Positions 20,076 through 28,202 of a DNA stretch of 64,000 nucleotides are shown here, in pieces. Numbering within the stretch: position 1 is the first letter of the stretch; every line of letters starts with the position of its first letter. Location: contig JAKPTE010000001.1 of the NCBI GenBank assembly GCA_029571215.1, forward strand, positions 42,684-106,683. Reading direction: 5' to 3'. The notes below the pieces were generated by a model. It saw nothing but the letters and a program-made list of their open reading frames with translations, was not told where the DNA came from and did not search any database. The DNA is from Bacteroidota bacterium. Lineage in GTDB: Bacteria > Bacteroidota > Bacteroidia > Bacteroidales > JAAYUG01. A program made the position numbers and the translations under genes.

Positions 20076-20720
20076 ATGACAGGAATTGTTTTTCGGATGC
20101 CATTGAATGTCAGATCGCTGATCGAGGCATCTCGTTTTTTTGATTCATTACCGGAAGCCTTTCCGATTAGGGTTTCACCCTGGAAAGAATATCCGTACGT
20201 ACCGGAGGCAACAGTAAAATGTGCCTGGCAGCCACAGGGTCTGTTTCTGAAATACAAAGTAAAGGAGGATTGTGTGAGGGCTGTCTATACACAACCAAAT
20301 GAACCGGTTTATAAGGACAGTTGTGTAGAGTTCTTTGTTTCTCCTCCCGAAACAAGGGATTACTACAATTTTGAATTTAATGCCATCGGGAACATCCTTG
20401 CGGCAGTCGGTCCATCAAGACCTGACCGCGCATTTCTGCCAGCTGAAGAGATTGGAAGAATTCAGGTTCTGCCCTCTCTGGGCAAAAAGCCTTTTCAGGA
20501 AAAAACAGGGGAGATTAGCTGGGAACTAACAGTATTCCTTCCTGATTCACTTTTTAAGAAGCATATATCTGGTTTTCAAGAGAACATGGTTTTGAGGGCC
20601 AACTTTTACAAATGTGGCGACGAGCTTTCCAAACCACACTATCTATGTTGGTCGGAGATAAAAACAGTTGCACCTGACTTTCACTGCCCTGAATACTTCG
20701 GTGAACTGATACTGTCATAA
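20076..20720 (+). CDS. Carbohydrate-binding family 9-like (DOMON-like) protein
   Basis: PVYKDSCVEFF, YYNFEFN, ANFYKCGD, PHYLCWS, PDFH. Confidence 0.85.
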   Translation: MTGIVFRMPLNVRSLIEASRFFDSLPEAFPIRVSPWKEYPYVPEATVKCAWQPQGLFLKYKVKEDCVRAVYTQPNEPVYKDSCVEFFVSPPETRDYYNFEFNAIGNILAAVGPSRPDRAFLPAEEIGRIQVLPSLGKKPFQEKTGEISWELTVFLPDSLFKKHISGFQENMVLRANFYKCGDELSKPHYLCWSEIKTVAPDFHCPEYFGELILS

Positions 20721-20835
20721 AAGGAGAAACTGTTCTTCTTCTCTCTGCCGGAAATACATGAATGTCGGTTTCGGGTTCTCGATAATCAGGGGCACGGCAA
20801 AAAAATACTTGCACCAGAATTTTTCGATGATTAGG

Positions 20836-20862
20836 TAAAGCAAGTTGTGCAATCTTGCTTTA
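20836..20862. terminator. Hairpin between the convergent CBM9-like gene and carA
   Basis: TAAAGCAAG...CTTGCTTTA inverted repeat 8 bp beyond the carA stop. Confidence 0.6.
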
Positions 20863-20870
20863 AGAGGCTT

Positions 20871-21953
20871 TTATCCTTTGCTCTTTCTAATAAGTTCAAT
20901 GAATTCGTCGAACAAGTATTCTGTATCGGTAGGTCCTCCTGATGCTTCGGGATGAAACTGGGATGAGAAAAAGGGTTTTTTTCGGTGACGGATCCCTTCG
21001 TTTGTATTGTCGTTGATGTTGATAAACAGAGGTTCCCAGTCGCCCGGAAGGGTATTGTTATTGATAGCATATCCGTGGTTCTGGGAAGTAATGTACGACC
21101 GGGGTGTTCCCACCTGAATAACAGGCTGGTTGTGGCTGCGGTGACCATACTTCAGTTTATATGTATCGGCTCCGGCGGCAAGCCCCATCAGCTGGTTTCC
21201 GAGGCAGATTCCGAAAACAGGTCTGTCATCCTGAAAGGCAAGTGTGAGGTTTTGAATGGTTTCGCGGCACATTTTGGGGTCACCCGGACCGTTGGTAATA
21301 AACAAACCGTCGTATTCCTCCCTGCTGATGTCATGGTTCCAGGGAACCATAACAATGGTTGTGTCTCTTTTCAGAAGATTCCGGATAATATTGTATTTAA
21401 CGCCACAGTCGATCAGAAGGATGCGGTACTTCCCCGTGCCGAAAATCTTCTTTTCTCTGGTGCTGACTTTTGCAACCAGGTTTTCTTTAGAGGGATCATA
21501 TAATTCAACATCCTGGTTATCAAATACGATTTTCCCCAGCATAGTACCTTTTTCCCGGAGAATTTTAGTGAGTTTTCGTGTATCCACTCCGGTAATTCCC
21601 GGAACCTTGTGTTTTTTCAGCCAGTCACCCAGGCTTTGTACAGCATTCCAGTGGCTGTATTCAAAAGAGTAGTCAGAAACAACCAGCCCACTGATGTGCA
21701 GGGCGTATGATTCGTAAAATTTGAACAGATCATCTTCGGTTTCTGCACCGGGAACCCCGTAATTTCCAACAAGCGGATAGGTCAGAACCAAAATTTGTCC
21801 TTTATAGGAAGGGTCAGTAAGGCTTTCAGGATACCCGGTCATGGCAGTATTGAAGACAACTTCACCGGAAACAGAGCCGGGGTAACCAAATGACTTGCCT
21901 GCAAATACGGTTCCGTCTTCAAGAATCAGTTTGATCGGTGCCAGTTCATTCAT
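20871..21953 (-). CDS. carA: Carbamoyl-phosphate synthase small subunit
   Basis: GEVVFNTAMTGY, NGPGDP, GICLGNQ, QNHGY, QFHPE. Confidence 0.97.
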   Translation of the reverse strand: MNELAPIKLILEDGTVFAGKSFGYPGSVSGEVVFNTAMTGYPESLTDPSYKGQILVLTYPLVGNYGVPGAETEDDLFKFYESYALHISGLVVSDYSFEYSHWNAVQSLGDWLKKHKVPGITGVDTRKLTKILREKGTMLGKIVFDNQDVELYDPSKENLVAKVSTREKKIFGTGKYRILLIDCGVKYNIIRNLLKRDTTIVMVPWNHDISREEYDGLFITNGPGDPKMCRETIQNLTLAFQDDRPVFGICLGNQLMGLAAGADTYKLKYGHRSHNQPVIQVGTPRSYITSQNHGYAINNNTLPGDWEPLFININDNTNEGIRHRKKPFFSSQFHPEASGGPTDTEYLFDEFIELIRKSKG

Positions 21954-21965
21954 TCTAAATTCCTG

Positions 21966-23468
21966 TTAAGTAAGAGGTTTTTTGCTGTTTTCTTTCAGCA
22001 ATGCATTGATGATTTCTTCTGCTGCTTCGGGGGTAATAAGTTTGGCAACTATTTTTTTATTTTCGTCAAGAAGATAAAGAATAGGGGTACTTTTAATATC
22101 ATAAAGTTCTTTGTACTTGTAATCATATGGGTTCCAGGCATTGATCCATCCATAGAGTTCATGTTCATTTACCCATTTGATCCATTTTTTCTTTCCCTCG
22201 ACTCCGCCGAGCATATGAACGGCAACGACCTGAACACCTTTGTCTTTGAGCCGGTTGAAGACCTGATGCAGTTCGGGCATGGCTTTCTGGCAATGGCCGC
22301 AGTCACATTCCCAGAACATGAGGATAGTGTACTTAGCTTTTACATTCATTAACCGGAAGAAACTACCAACATAGACGTTTGCTGCTGCGGTCGTATCGGT
22401 GGCAGCTTGCCTGAAATGGTCGTCGGGTATCAGTACCAGCTGAAAATCGGGTGCAGTCTGGCCAATCAACAAGGGTTTTCGTTTATTGATCTGTTCCTTC
22501 AGCTTGGTTATGAAATCAGTATTAGCCCATGTTGCTTCGGGAATATAATATTTTTCAGCAATGTGAATAAAAACACCGTCATGGCCCATAATCTGGCTCT
22601 GGGCATAATGGTTGAACAGGGTAACAAGCACATACCGGAACACTTCCGGGTCTTTTCTGGCTTTTTCAATCAGAGGATCGAGTTCTTTGATCAGGCTGTC
22701 AGGAACCTGCAGCAGAACCTTCTGGAAGTAAAATTTGAATTTCTCATCATAAATAGGGGTTCTTAACAGCCTTGCATCAGTAAAGTCCATATTATCGAAA
22801 TAGTGAGCCTTATAGTACTTGTACTTGAAAGCCGAATCCAGCACATTTCCCTGCGCATCCCTCGGATAATCGGGAACCTCAACATCGCGTGTAGCTTTTA
22901 CAAAATCGGCCACAAAGTATCCCTTAAAGTTGGTAAGAATTTTGTTTATTTCAGTAATAACCTCATTATCAATTTCTTTGAGTTTTTGGGTAATCCGGTT
23001 TTTGGACGCGCTGTCGGAAGCGGTGCGGAATTCCTCCTGCAGTTGCTGCTGCTGCCTGCGTTTTTCTGCAATAAACTTCTGATAGGCAAAAAACACCTCA
23101 TTATCAGTACTTCCTGTAACAACTGTTTTCCCCTGGAGATCAGTCGTATCGGTCTGGATGGTAAAAATCTGATCGCTTCCAACCAGAAAGTCCAATATAA
23201 CACGGGAAGGGAAGTAAAGAAAGTACATACCTTCTTTCAGTTTATCTTTCCCTTTGAAAACACCTTCTCCTTTTTTGTCGAGTTTAATTGTATCATCGGG
23301 GAGCAGATTGGTGGCAAAATGATGACCAAGAATTATGGAAGCTTCGGGAAGATTGCTAACTTTAACCTTGATTTCGTATCCCTGAGCAGAAAGGTATGCA
23401 ATGGAAAGAAAGAAAACGAGGAAAACAGAAACAAAGTGGAAAACACGTTTGCTGGAAAAAGCTCTCAT
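21966..23468 (-). CDS. Exported redoxin-domain protein (DUF4369/DUF5106 plus TlpA-like thioredoxin)
   Basis: Signal peptide ending LSAQ; IGQTAPDF, FWECDCGHC, YDIKSTPILYLLD. Confidence 0.85.
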   Translation of the reverse strand: MRAFSSKRVFHFVSVFLVFFLSIAYLSAQGYEIKVKVSNLPEASIILGHHFATNLLPDDTIKLDKKGEGVFKGKDKLKEGMYFLYFPSRVILDFLVGSDQIFTIQTDTTDLQGKTVVTGSTDNEVFFAYQKFIAEKRRQQQQLQEEFRTASDSASKNRITQKLKEIDNEVITEINKILTNFKGYFVADFVKATRDVEVPDYPRDAQGNVLDSAFKYKYYKAHYFDNMDFTDARLLRTPIYDEKFKFYFQKVLLQVPDSLIKELDPLIEKARKDPEVFRYVLVTLFNHYAQSQIMGHDGVFIHIAEKYYIPEATWANTDFITKLKEQINKRKPLLIGQTAPDFQLVLIPDDHFRQAATDTTAAANVYVGSFFRLMNVKAKYTILMFWECDCGHCQKAMPELHQVFNRLKDKGVQVVAVHMLGGVEGKKKWIKWVNEHELYGWINAWNPYDYKYKELYDIKSTPILYLLDENKKIVAKLITPEAAEEIINALLKENSKKPLT

Positions 23469-23530
23469 ATATGACACGATAAAAGAACGAACATCCGGGA
23501 TGCGAAAATACACAAATTAAATGAAATGTT

Positions 23531-24514
23531 ATGCTGACATTTGATCAGGCGCGCAAACTTGCAGAGGAAGAAATCAGTAAACTTAATCTGAAGAAAGAAC
23601 CTGCATTGTTGTATGAACCCGTTCGTTATATTCTGGGAATGGGAGGCAAACGCATTCGGCCGGTGTTAACTCTTATGAGCTATTCCCTCTTTGGCAGTGA
23701 CTTTGGAAAGGTGATACCTGCGGCTCTTGCCATGGAACTGTTTCATAATTTCACCCTGATGCACGACGACGTAATGGACAATGCCCCCCTGCGCAGGAAT
23801 TATGCTACGGTTCATGCCAAATGGAATCAGAATGTTGCCATTCTTTCGGGAGATGCTATGCTAATTAAAGCATATGAGCTTTTGAACCAAACACCGGAAG
23901 AAATATTTCTGAAAGCGGTAAGGGTATTTAACCAGACGGCACTCGAAGTGTGTGAAGGTCAGCAGATGGATATGGATTTTGAACAGCAGGAAGAAGTATC
24001 GGTGGAAAAGTATATTGAAATGATCCGATTAAAAACATCGGTTTTGCTGGCAGCTTGCATGAAGATAGGTGCCATTGCCGGAGGAGCACCTGAAGAGACC
24101 TCGGATCAGCTGTACGAGGCGGGCATCAACATAGGTATCGCTTTTCAGTTACAGGATGACCTGCTTGATACATTCGGCAGTAAAGAGACTTTCGGAAAAG
24201 AAATCGGAGGTGATATCAAAAGCAATAAGAAAACCTATCTGTATATTAGATCACTGGAACTGGCAACTTCTGAAGATCGCGAAAAACTGAAGCGATATTA
24301 CAGCCAGGAATCTGACAGCACAATTCTGACAGAAAAAAAGATACAGGATGTAACTTCCATTTTCCGCAAATACCTTGTGGATAAAATAACCGGCGAACTC
24401 ATCCGTTCATATGCCGATCAGGCTTTGGAGATACTGGACAAAACATCAATGGATCCATCTGGCAGAGCAGAGCTCAAAAATCTTTTTCTGCTTTTGCTGG
24501 AAAGGAAAAGCTAG
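23531..24514 (+). CDS. Polyprenyl (FPP/GGPP) synthase
   Basis: GGKRIRP, HDDVMD..RR, EGQQMD, KTS, FQLQDDLLD. Confidence 0.95.
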   Translation: MLTFDQARKLAEEEISKLNLKKEPALLYEPVRYILGMGGKRIRPVLTLMSYSLFGSDFGKVIPAALAMELFHNFTLMHDDVMDNAPLRRNYATVHAKWNQNVAILSGDAMLIKAYELLNQTPEEIFLKAVRVFNQTALEVCEGQQMDMDFEQQEEVSVEKYIEMIRLKTSVLLAACMKIGAIAGGAPEETSDQLYEAGINIGIAFQLQDDLLDTFGSKETFGKEIGGDIKSNKKTYLYIRSLELATSEDREKLKRYYSQESDSTILTEKKIQDVTSIFRKYLVDKITGELIRSYADQALEILDKTSMDPSGRAELKNLFLLLLERKS

Positions 24515-24516
24515 GT

Positions 24517-24560
24517 AAAAAAACAGCAGCCATTCTTGGAACAAGGAATGGCTGCCTTCT
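24517..24560. terminator. Terminator between convergent genes, stronger on the minus strand
   Basis: GCAGCCATTC...GAATGGCTGC with an A7 run on the left. Confidence 0.8.
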
Positions 24561-24576
24561 GAATTATTGGTAAACA

Positions 24577-27500
24577 TTAAAGATTCTGAAATTGCTGATA
24601 GTAAAACGTGAAGTCCTGTTCGAGTTTATCGGCTTTTTCATTCTGGTTATAGGTACGAGCGAGTACCATCAGCTGCTGCAGACTCTGGAGGCACTCCTGG
24701 ATGTCAAGAGAGGCTCTTTCGGCAAATTTCTTTTTCAGCCCGAAGAAATAAGAAAGATCTTTGTCGAGCATCAGGGCAAACTCGTCGAGAATCTGATTTG
24801 CCTTGTCAATGGCTCCAGCTTTATAATACCCTTCAATTGTACCTGGCGTGAAATAGTCGTAAGGTACCTTGCTGTTGGGTGTTAGCTCCATAATCCGGTC
24901 GAGTACATTCAGTGCAGAATCTTTTTTACCTTCCTGCAGCAAGGCCTCAGCAAGCCGGTTGAACTGACTACGCATTCTGACGACTGCAATGGTTCGTATG
25001 GTAAAGAAATCGAGATAAACATCCGGAGCATTCATTCGTCCCCAGCTGAATTTATTCATCAGGTTATCGTAAAGGATATCGGTATCAATTCTTCCGTAGG
25101 TAAAGAAATTCCGGCCCGGAGTTTTAATGGGCACGAACCGCCAGGCAAAACCTTCAAGCTGGGTATAGTCATTGAGGCCGAAGCTTCCTTCTGTTCCTAC
25201 CGAAGCAAAATACACCGGGCGATGCCATTTATTGGTCGCAAAGAGATCCATAACGGCAAATTCGCTTTTGCTGATGCTGTTTCTGGAAATGGTCCAGGGT
25301 ACAAAAGGTTCGATCAATGAAGCATCCTTTCGTTTGACTGTTCCATTGACCAGCACAACCGATGTATCAACCGGGATGCGGAAGTTTTTACCGGGGATGT
25401 GATCGACCAGTTCCGGGTAGTTGGGAATGGTTTTGGTGCGGGGATCATCGCTCAGGACGAATTTGACAGCATCTTCCACATTGATTGGTTCCTTGATGCG
25501 GTCAAGCAAATAAATCTGGTTTCTTCGCCCGGAAATATATTTGTCACGGGTCATGGACAAAGGCATGGGATCGGATCCGTAGGCTTTGCGCTTCATCTGG
25601 TCAATATACCAGTCCATATTCAGCAGCATGAGGTTACAAACCCTGACGTCGGTGCGAATGCCTTCCACTTCCTGGCAGTACCATAACGGGAATGTGTCGT
25701 TATCGCCATTGGTAAACAAAATGGCACCGGGAGCACAGGTTTTGAGGTAGTTGGCGGCAAGATCACGGGTAGTATATCTGCCGGAGCGGTCATGATCGTC
25801 CCAGTTTTCCCTGGCCATAATTCCGGGCACAAAGAGGAGACACAATGCTGTAACAAGAATTGCCTTAAGGATTTCTTTTTTCCGTCCCAGTACTTCCCAT
25901 ATAGCCGCCACGCCGAGCCCTATCCAGATGGAGAAAGCGTAAAATGATCCTACATAGGAATAGTCCCGTTCACGTGGCTGAAGGGGAGTTTGGTTCAGGT
26001 AAATGACTATGGCGATTCCTGTCATAAAAAACAGGACAAGCACGACCCAAAAATCCTTGCGACGACGGGAGAAAGCAGAAGATTCTTCATCCTTTTCTCT
26101 CTGAAGCTGATACAACAATCCGATAATTCCCAGCAAAAGGGGGAGCATATAATATTTATTCCTTGAAGGAACGTTCTTTCTGAATTCCGGAAGTGACGAC
26201 TGATCGCCGAGCATCATGCTGTCGATGGCATCAATTCCGGTAATCCAGTTTCCGTTGGTTATACCCCCGTCTCCCTGGTTATCGTTCTGGCGCCCGCTGA
26301 AATTCCACATAAAATAACGGAAATACATATAGCCAAGCTGATAGCCTATAAAAAAACGAAGGTTTTCAGCAAACGTAGGCCGGATATAGGTCTGAGTTTT
26401 TCCATCCCTCCCGGTAATTCGTACCTGTTTACCTTTTATTTTTCCCCAGTCTTGATAAACCTTAATATGCGAAGGATCATTGCTCCACATACGGGGGAAA
26501 AAACCCGTCAGTTCTTTGGCGAATACATATTTAGGCTTTTTGTAAATGACAACGTATTTCCCGTTAAGTTGAGCGTATTCATTTTCTCCTTCGGCAACAT
26601 CGATGATTGGAGCGCTGTAGTACTGACCTTTAAACAGGGGCCTGTCGCCATATTGCTCGCGGTTCAGATAGCTGAGCAAGGCAAAAACATTATCAGGGCT
26701 GTTTTCATCCATGGGAGGATCCGCCAATGCCCTTATTACAATTGTGGCATAGGAAGAGTATCCAATGAGTGCCACAGTAAAACAGAGAATAATGGTATTC
26801 AGTAAAACTTTCCTGTGGCGGATAGTATAACGGATGCCAAGTATGATAAGGATTATAAGCAGAACAGCATAGAAAATAACCCCTGAATTAAAGGGCAGAC
26901 CGAAGCCATTAACAAAAGCAAGTTCGAACCAGCTGGCCACTTTTATAACCCCGGAGATGACTCCGTACATCATTGCTGCGAGAATGAGCATACCTATGAG
27001 CAAGGCATAGATAAATCCCTTTGTGGTGGGCTTGCATTTTCTGAAATAATATATAAGCACGAGGGCAGGTATGGTGAGAAGATTTAAAAGATGCACCCCG
27101 ATCGATAATCCCATCAGATAGGCTATTAAAATCAGCCACCGGTTGGCGTGTTTTTCATCCGCCACATTTTCCCATTTAAGCATGGCCCAGAAAACAACAG
27201 CGGTAAAAAGAGAAGAAGTGGCATATACTTCAGCTTCAACGGCAGAAAACCAGAATGAATCGGAAAAGGCGTAGGCAAGACTTCCGACAGCAGCGCTGCC
27301 CAATATAGCAATTAGGCGTCCGTTGGTAAAAATGCCGTCAGGTGCAATTATTTTACGAGCCAGATGACTGATGGTCCAGAAGAGAAACAGAATGGTAAAA
27401 GCGCTTGCCAGGCCCGACATGGCATTAATCATGACAGCAACCCTGGTAACATCGCCCCCGGCAAAGAAGGAGAAAAACCTGGCCATCAGCATAAAAAGGG

Positions 27501-27663
27501 GTGCTCCGGGTGGATGACCAACCTGCAATTTGTAGGCAGAAGAAATGAACTCCCCGCAATCCCAGAGGCTTGCTGTCGGTTCCAGTGTCAGAAGATATGT
27601 TATGGCAGCGATGCCAAAAACAATCCATCCGATGAGATTATTCCAGAACCTGAATTTTTTCAT
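24577..27663 (-). CDS. DUF2723 / TMEM260-like (GT117) polytopic membrane protein
   Basis: WDCGEF..GHPPGAP, FWFSAVEAEVY, PRERDYSY, GDNDTFPLWY; many TM segments. Confidence 0.9.
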   Translation of the reverse strand: MKKFRFWNNLIGWIVFGIAAITYLLTLEPTASLWDCGEFISSAYKLQVGHPPGAPLFMLMARFFSFFAGGDVTRVAVMINAMSGLASAFTILFLFWTISHLARKIIAPDGIFTNGRLIAILGSAAVGSLAYAFSDSFWFSAVEAEVYATSSLFTAVVFWAMLKWENVADEKHANRWLILIAYLMGLSIGVHLLNLLTIPALVLIYYFRKCKPTTKGFIYALLIGMLILAAMMYGVISGVIKVASWFELAFVNGFGLPFNSGVIFYAVLLIILIILGIRYTIRHRKVLLNTIILCFTVALIGYSSYATIVIRALADPPMDENSPDNVFALLSYLNREQYGDRPLFKGQYYSAPIIDVAEGENEYAQLNGKYVVIYKKPKYVFAKELTGFFPRMWSNDPSHIKVYQDWGKIKGKQVRITGRDGKTQTYIRPTFAENLRFFIGYQLGYMYFRYFMWNFSGRQNDNQGDGGITNGNWITGIDAIDSMMLGDQSSLPEFRKNVPSRNKYYMLPLLLGIIGLLYQLQREKDEESSAFSRRRKDFWVVLVLFFMTGIAIVIYLNQTPLQPRERDYSYVGSFYAFSIWIGLGVAAIWEVLGRKKEILKAILVTALCLLFVPGIMARENWDDHDRSGRYTTRDLAANYLKTCAPGAILFTNGDNDTFPLWYCQEVEGIRTDVRVCNLMLLNMDWYIDQMKRKAYGSDPMPLSMTRDKYISGRRNQIYLLDRIKEPINVEDAVKFVLSDDPRTKTIPNYPELVDHIPGKNFRIPVDTSVVLVNGTVKRKDASLIEPFVPWTISRNSISKSEFAVMDLFATNKWHRPVYFASVGTEGSFGLNDYTQLEGFAWRFVPIKTPGRNFFTYGRIDTDILYDNLMNKFSWGRMNAPDVYLDFFTIRTIAVVRMRSQFNRLAEALLQEGKKDSALNVLDRIMELTPNSKVPYDYFTPGTIEGYYKAGAIDKANQILDEFALMLDKDLSYFFGLKKKFAERASLDIQECLQSLQQLMVLARTYNQNEKADKLEQDFTFYYQQFQNL

Positions 27664-27848
27664 AACAGTTTGATTCTACTGAACAATAACCAGATTCTTT
27701 AATTACCATGTGGGCGCAAGTTACTATTTTTTCCTTTTGATTTTCCCCCATGTGAATATTCACCTTACGAACAGAAATTGCTATGAGATAAACAAAATAA
27801 TGGCAGGTAATCACTAATATTGCAACAATATATTCTTTGTTCAGGTAA

Positions 27849-28199
27849 ATGGTAAAAAAGTCATTTAAAGGCAGAAGCGGGATAGTCTATTCAACGGATC
27901 CTGATTTTCAATACGAACTCGGAGAAAAGGAGGAGGAAGAAGAAACCCTGCCTCCTGGGCAGCAGGATTTGCGCGTAATGATTGACCGGAAAAACCGTTC
28001 GGGTAAAACCGTAACTCTTGTAAAGGGATTCAGGGGAAAGAAAGAAGACCTGGCTGAGCTTGGGAAGATCCTGAAATCAAGGTGCGGTACGGGGGGAAGT
28101 GTGAAAGAAGGGGAGATCCTTATTCAGGGAGACGTTGCCGGGCGAGTTTTGGATATATTGAATCAACTTGGATACAGAGCCAAAAAGGCCGGAGGGTGA
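27849..28199 (+). CDS. yciH: SUI1/YciH translation initiation factor
   Basis: [30 protein letters not shown]. Confidence 0.93.
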   Translation: MVKKSFKGRSGIVYSTDPDFQYELGEKEEEEETLPPGQQDLRVMIDRKNRSGKTVTLVKGFRGKKEDLAELGKILKSRCGTGGSVKEGEILIQGDVAGRVLDILNQLGYRAKKAGG

Positions 28200-28202
28200 T
28201 GA

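Noticed and set aside
19907-20257. 116-aa minus-strand ORF
   Set aside because: Overlaps the CBM9-like gene antisense and has no motif; a promoter element lies inside it
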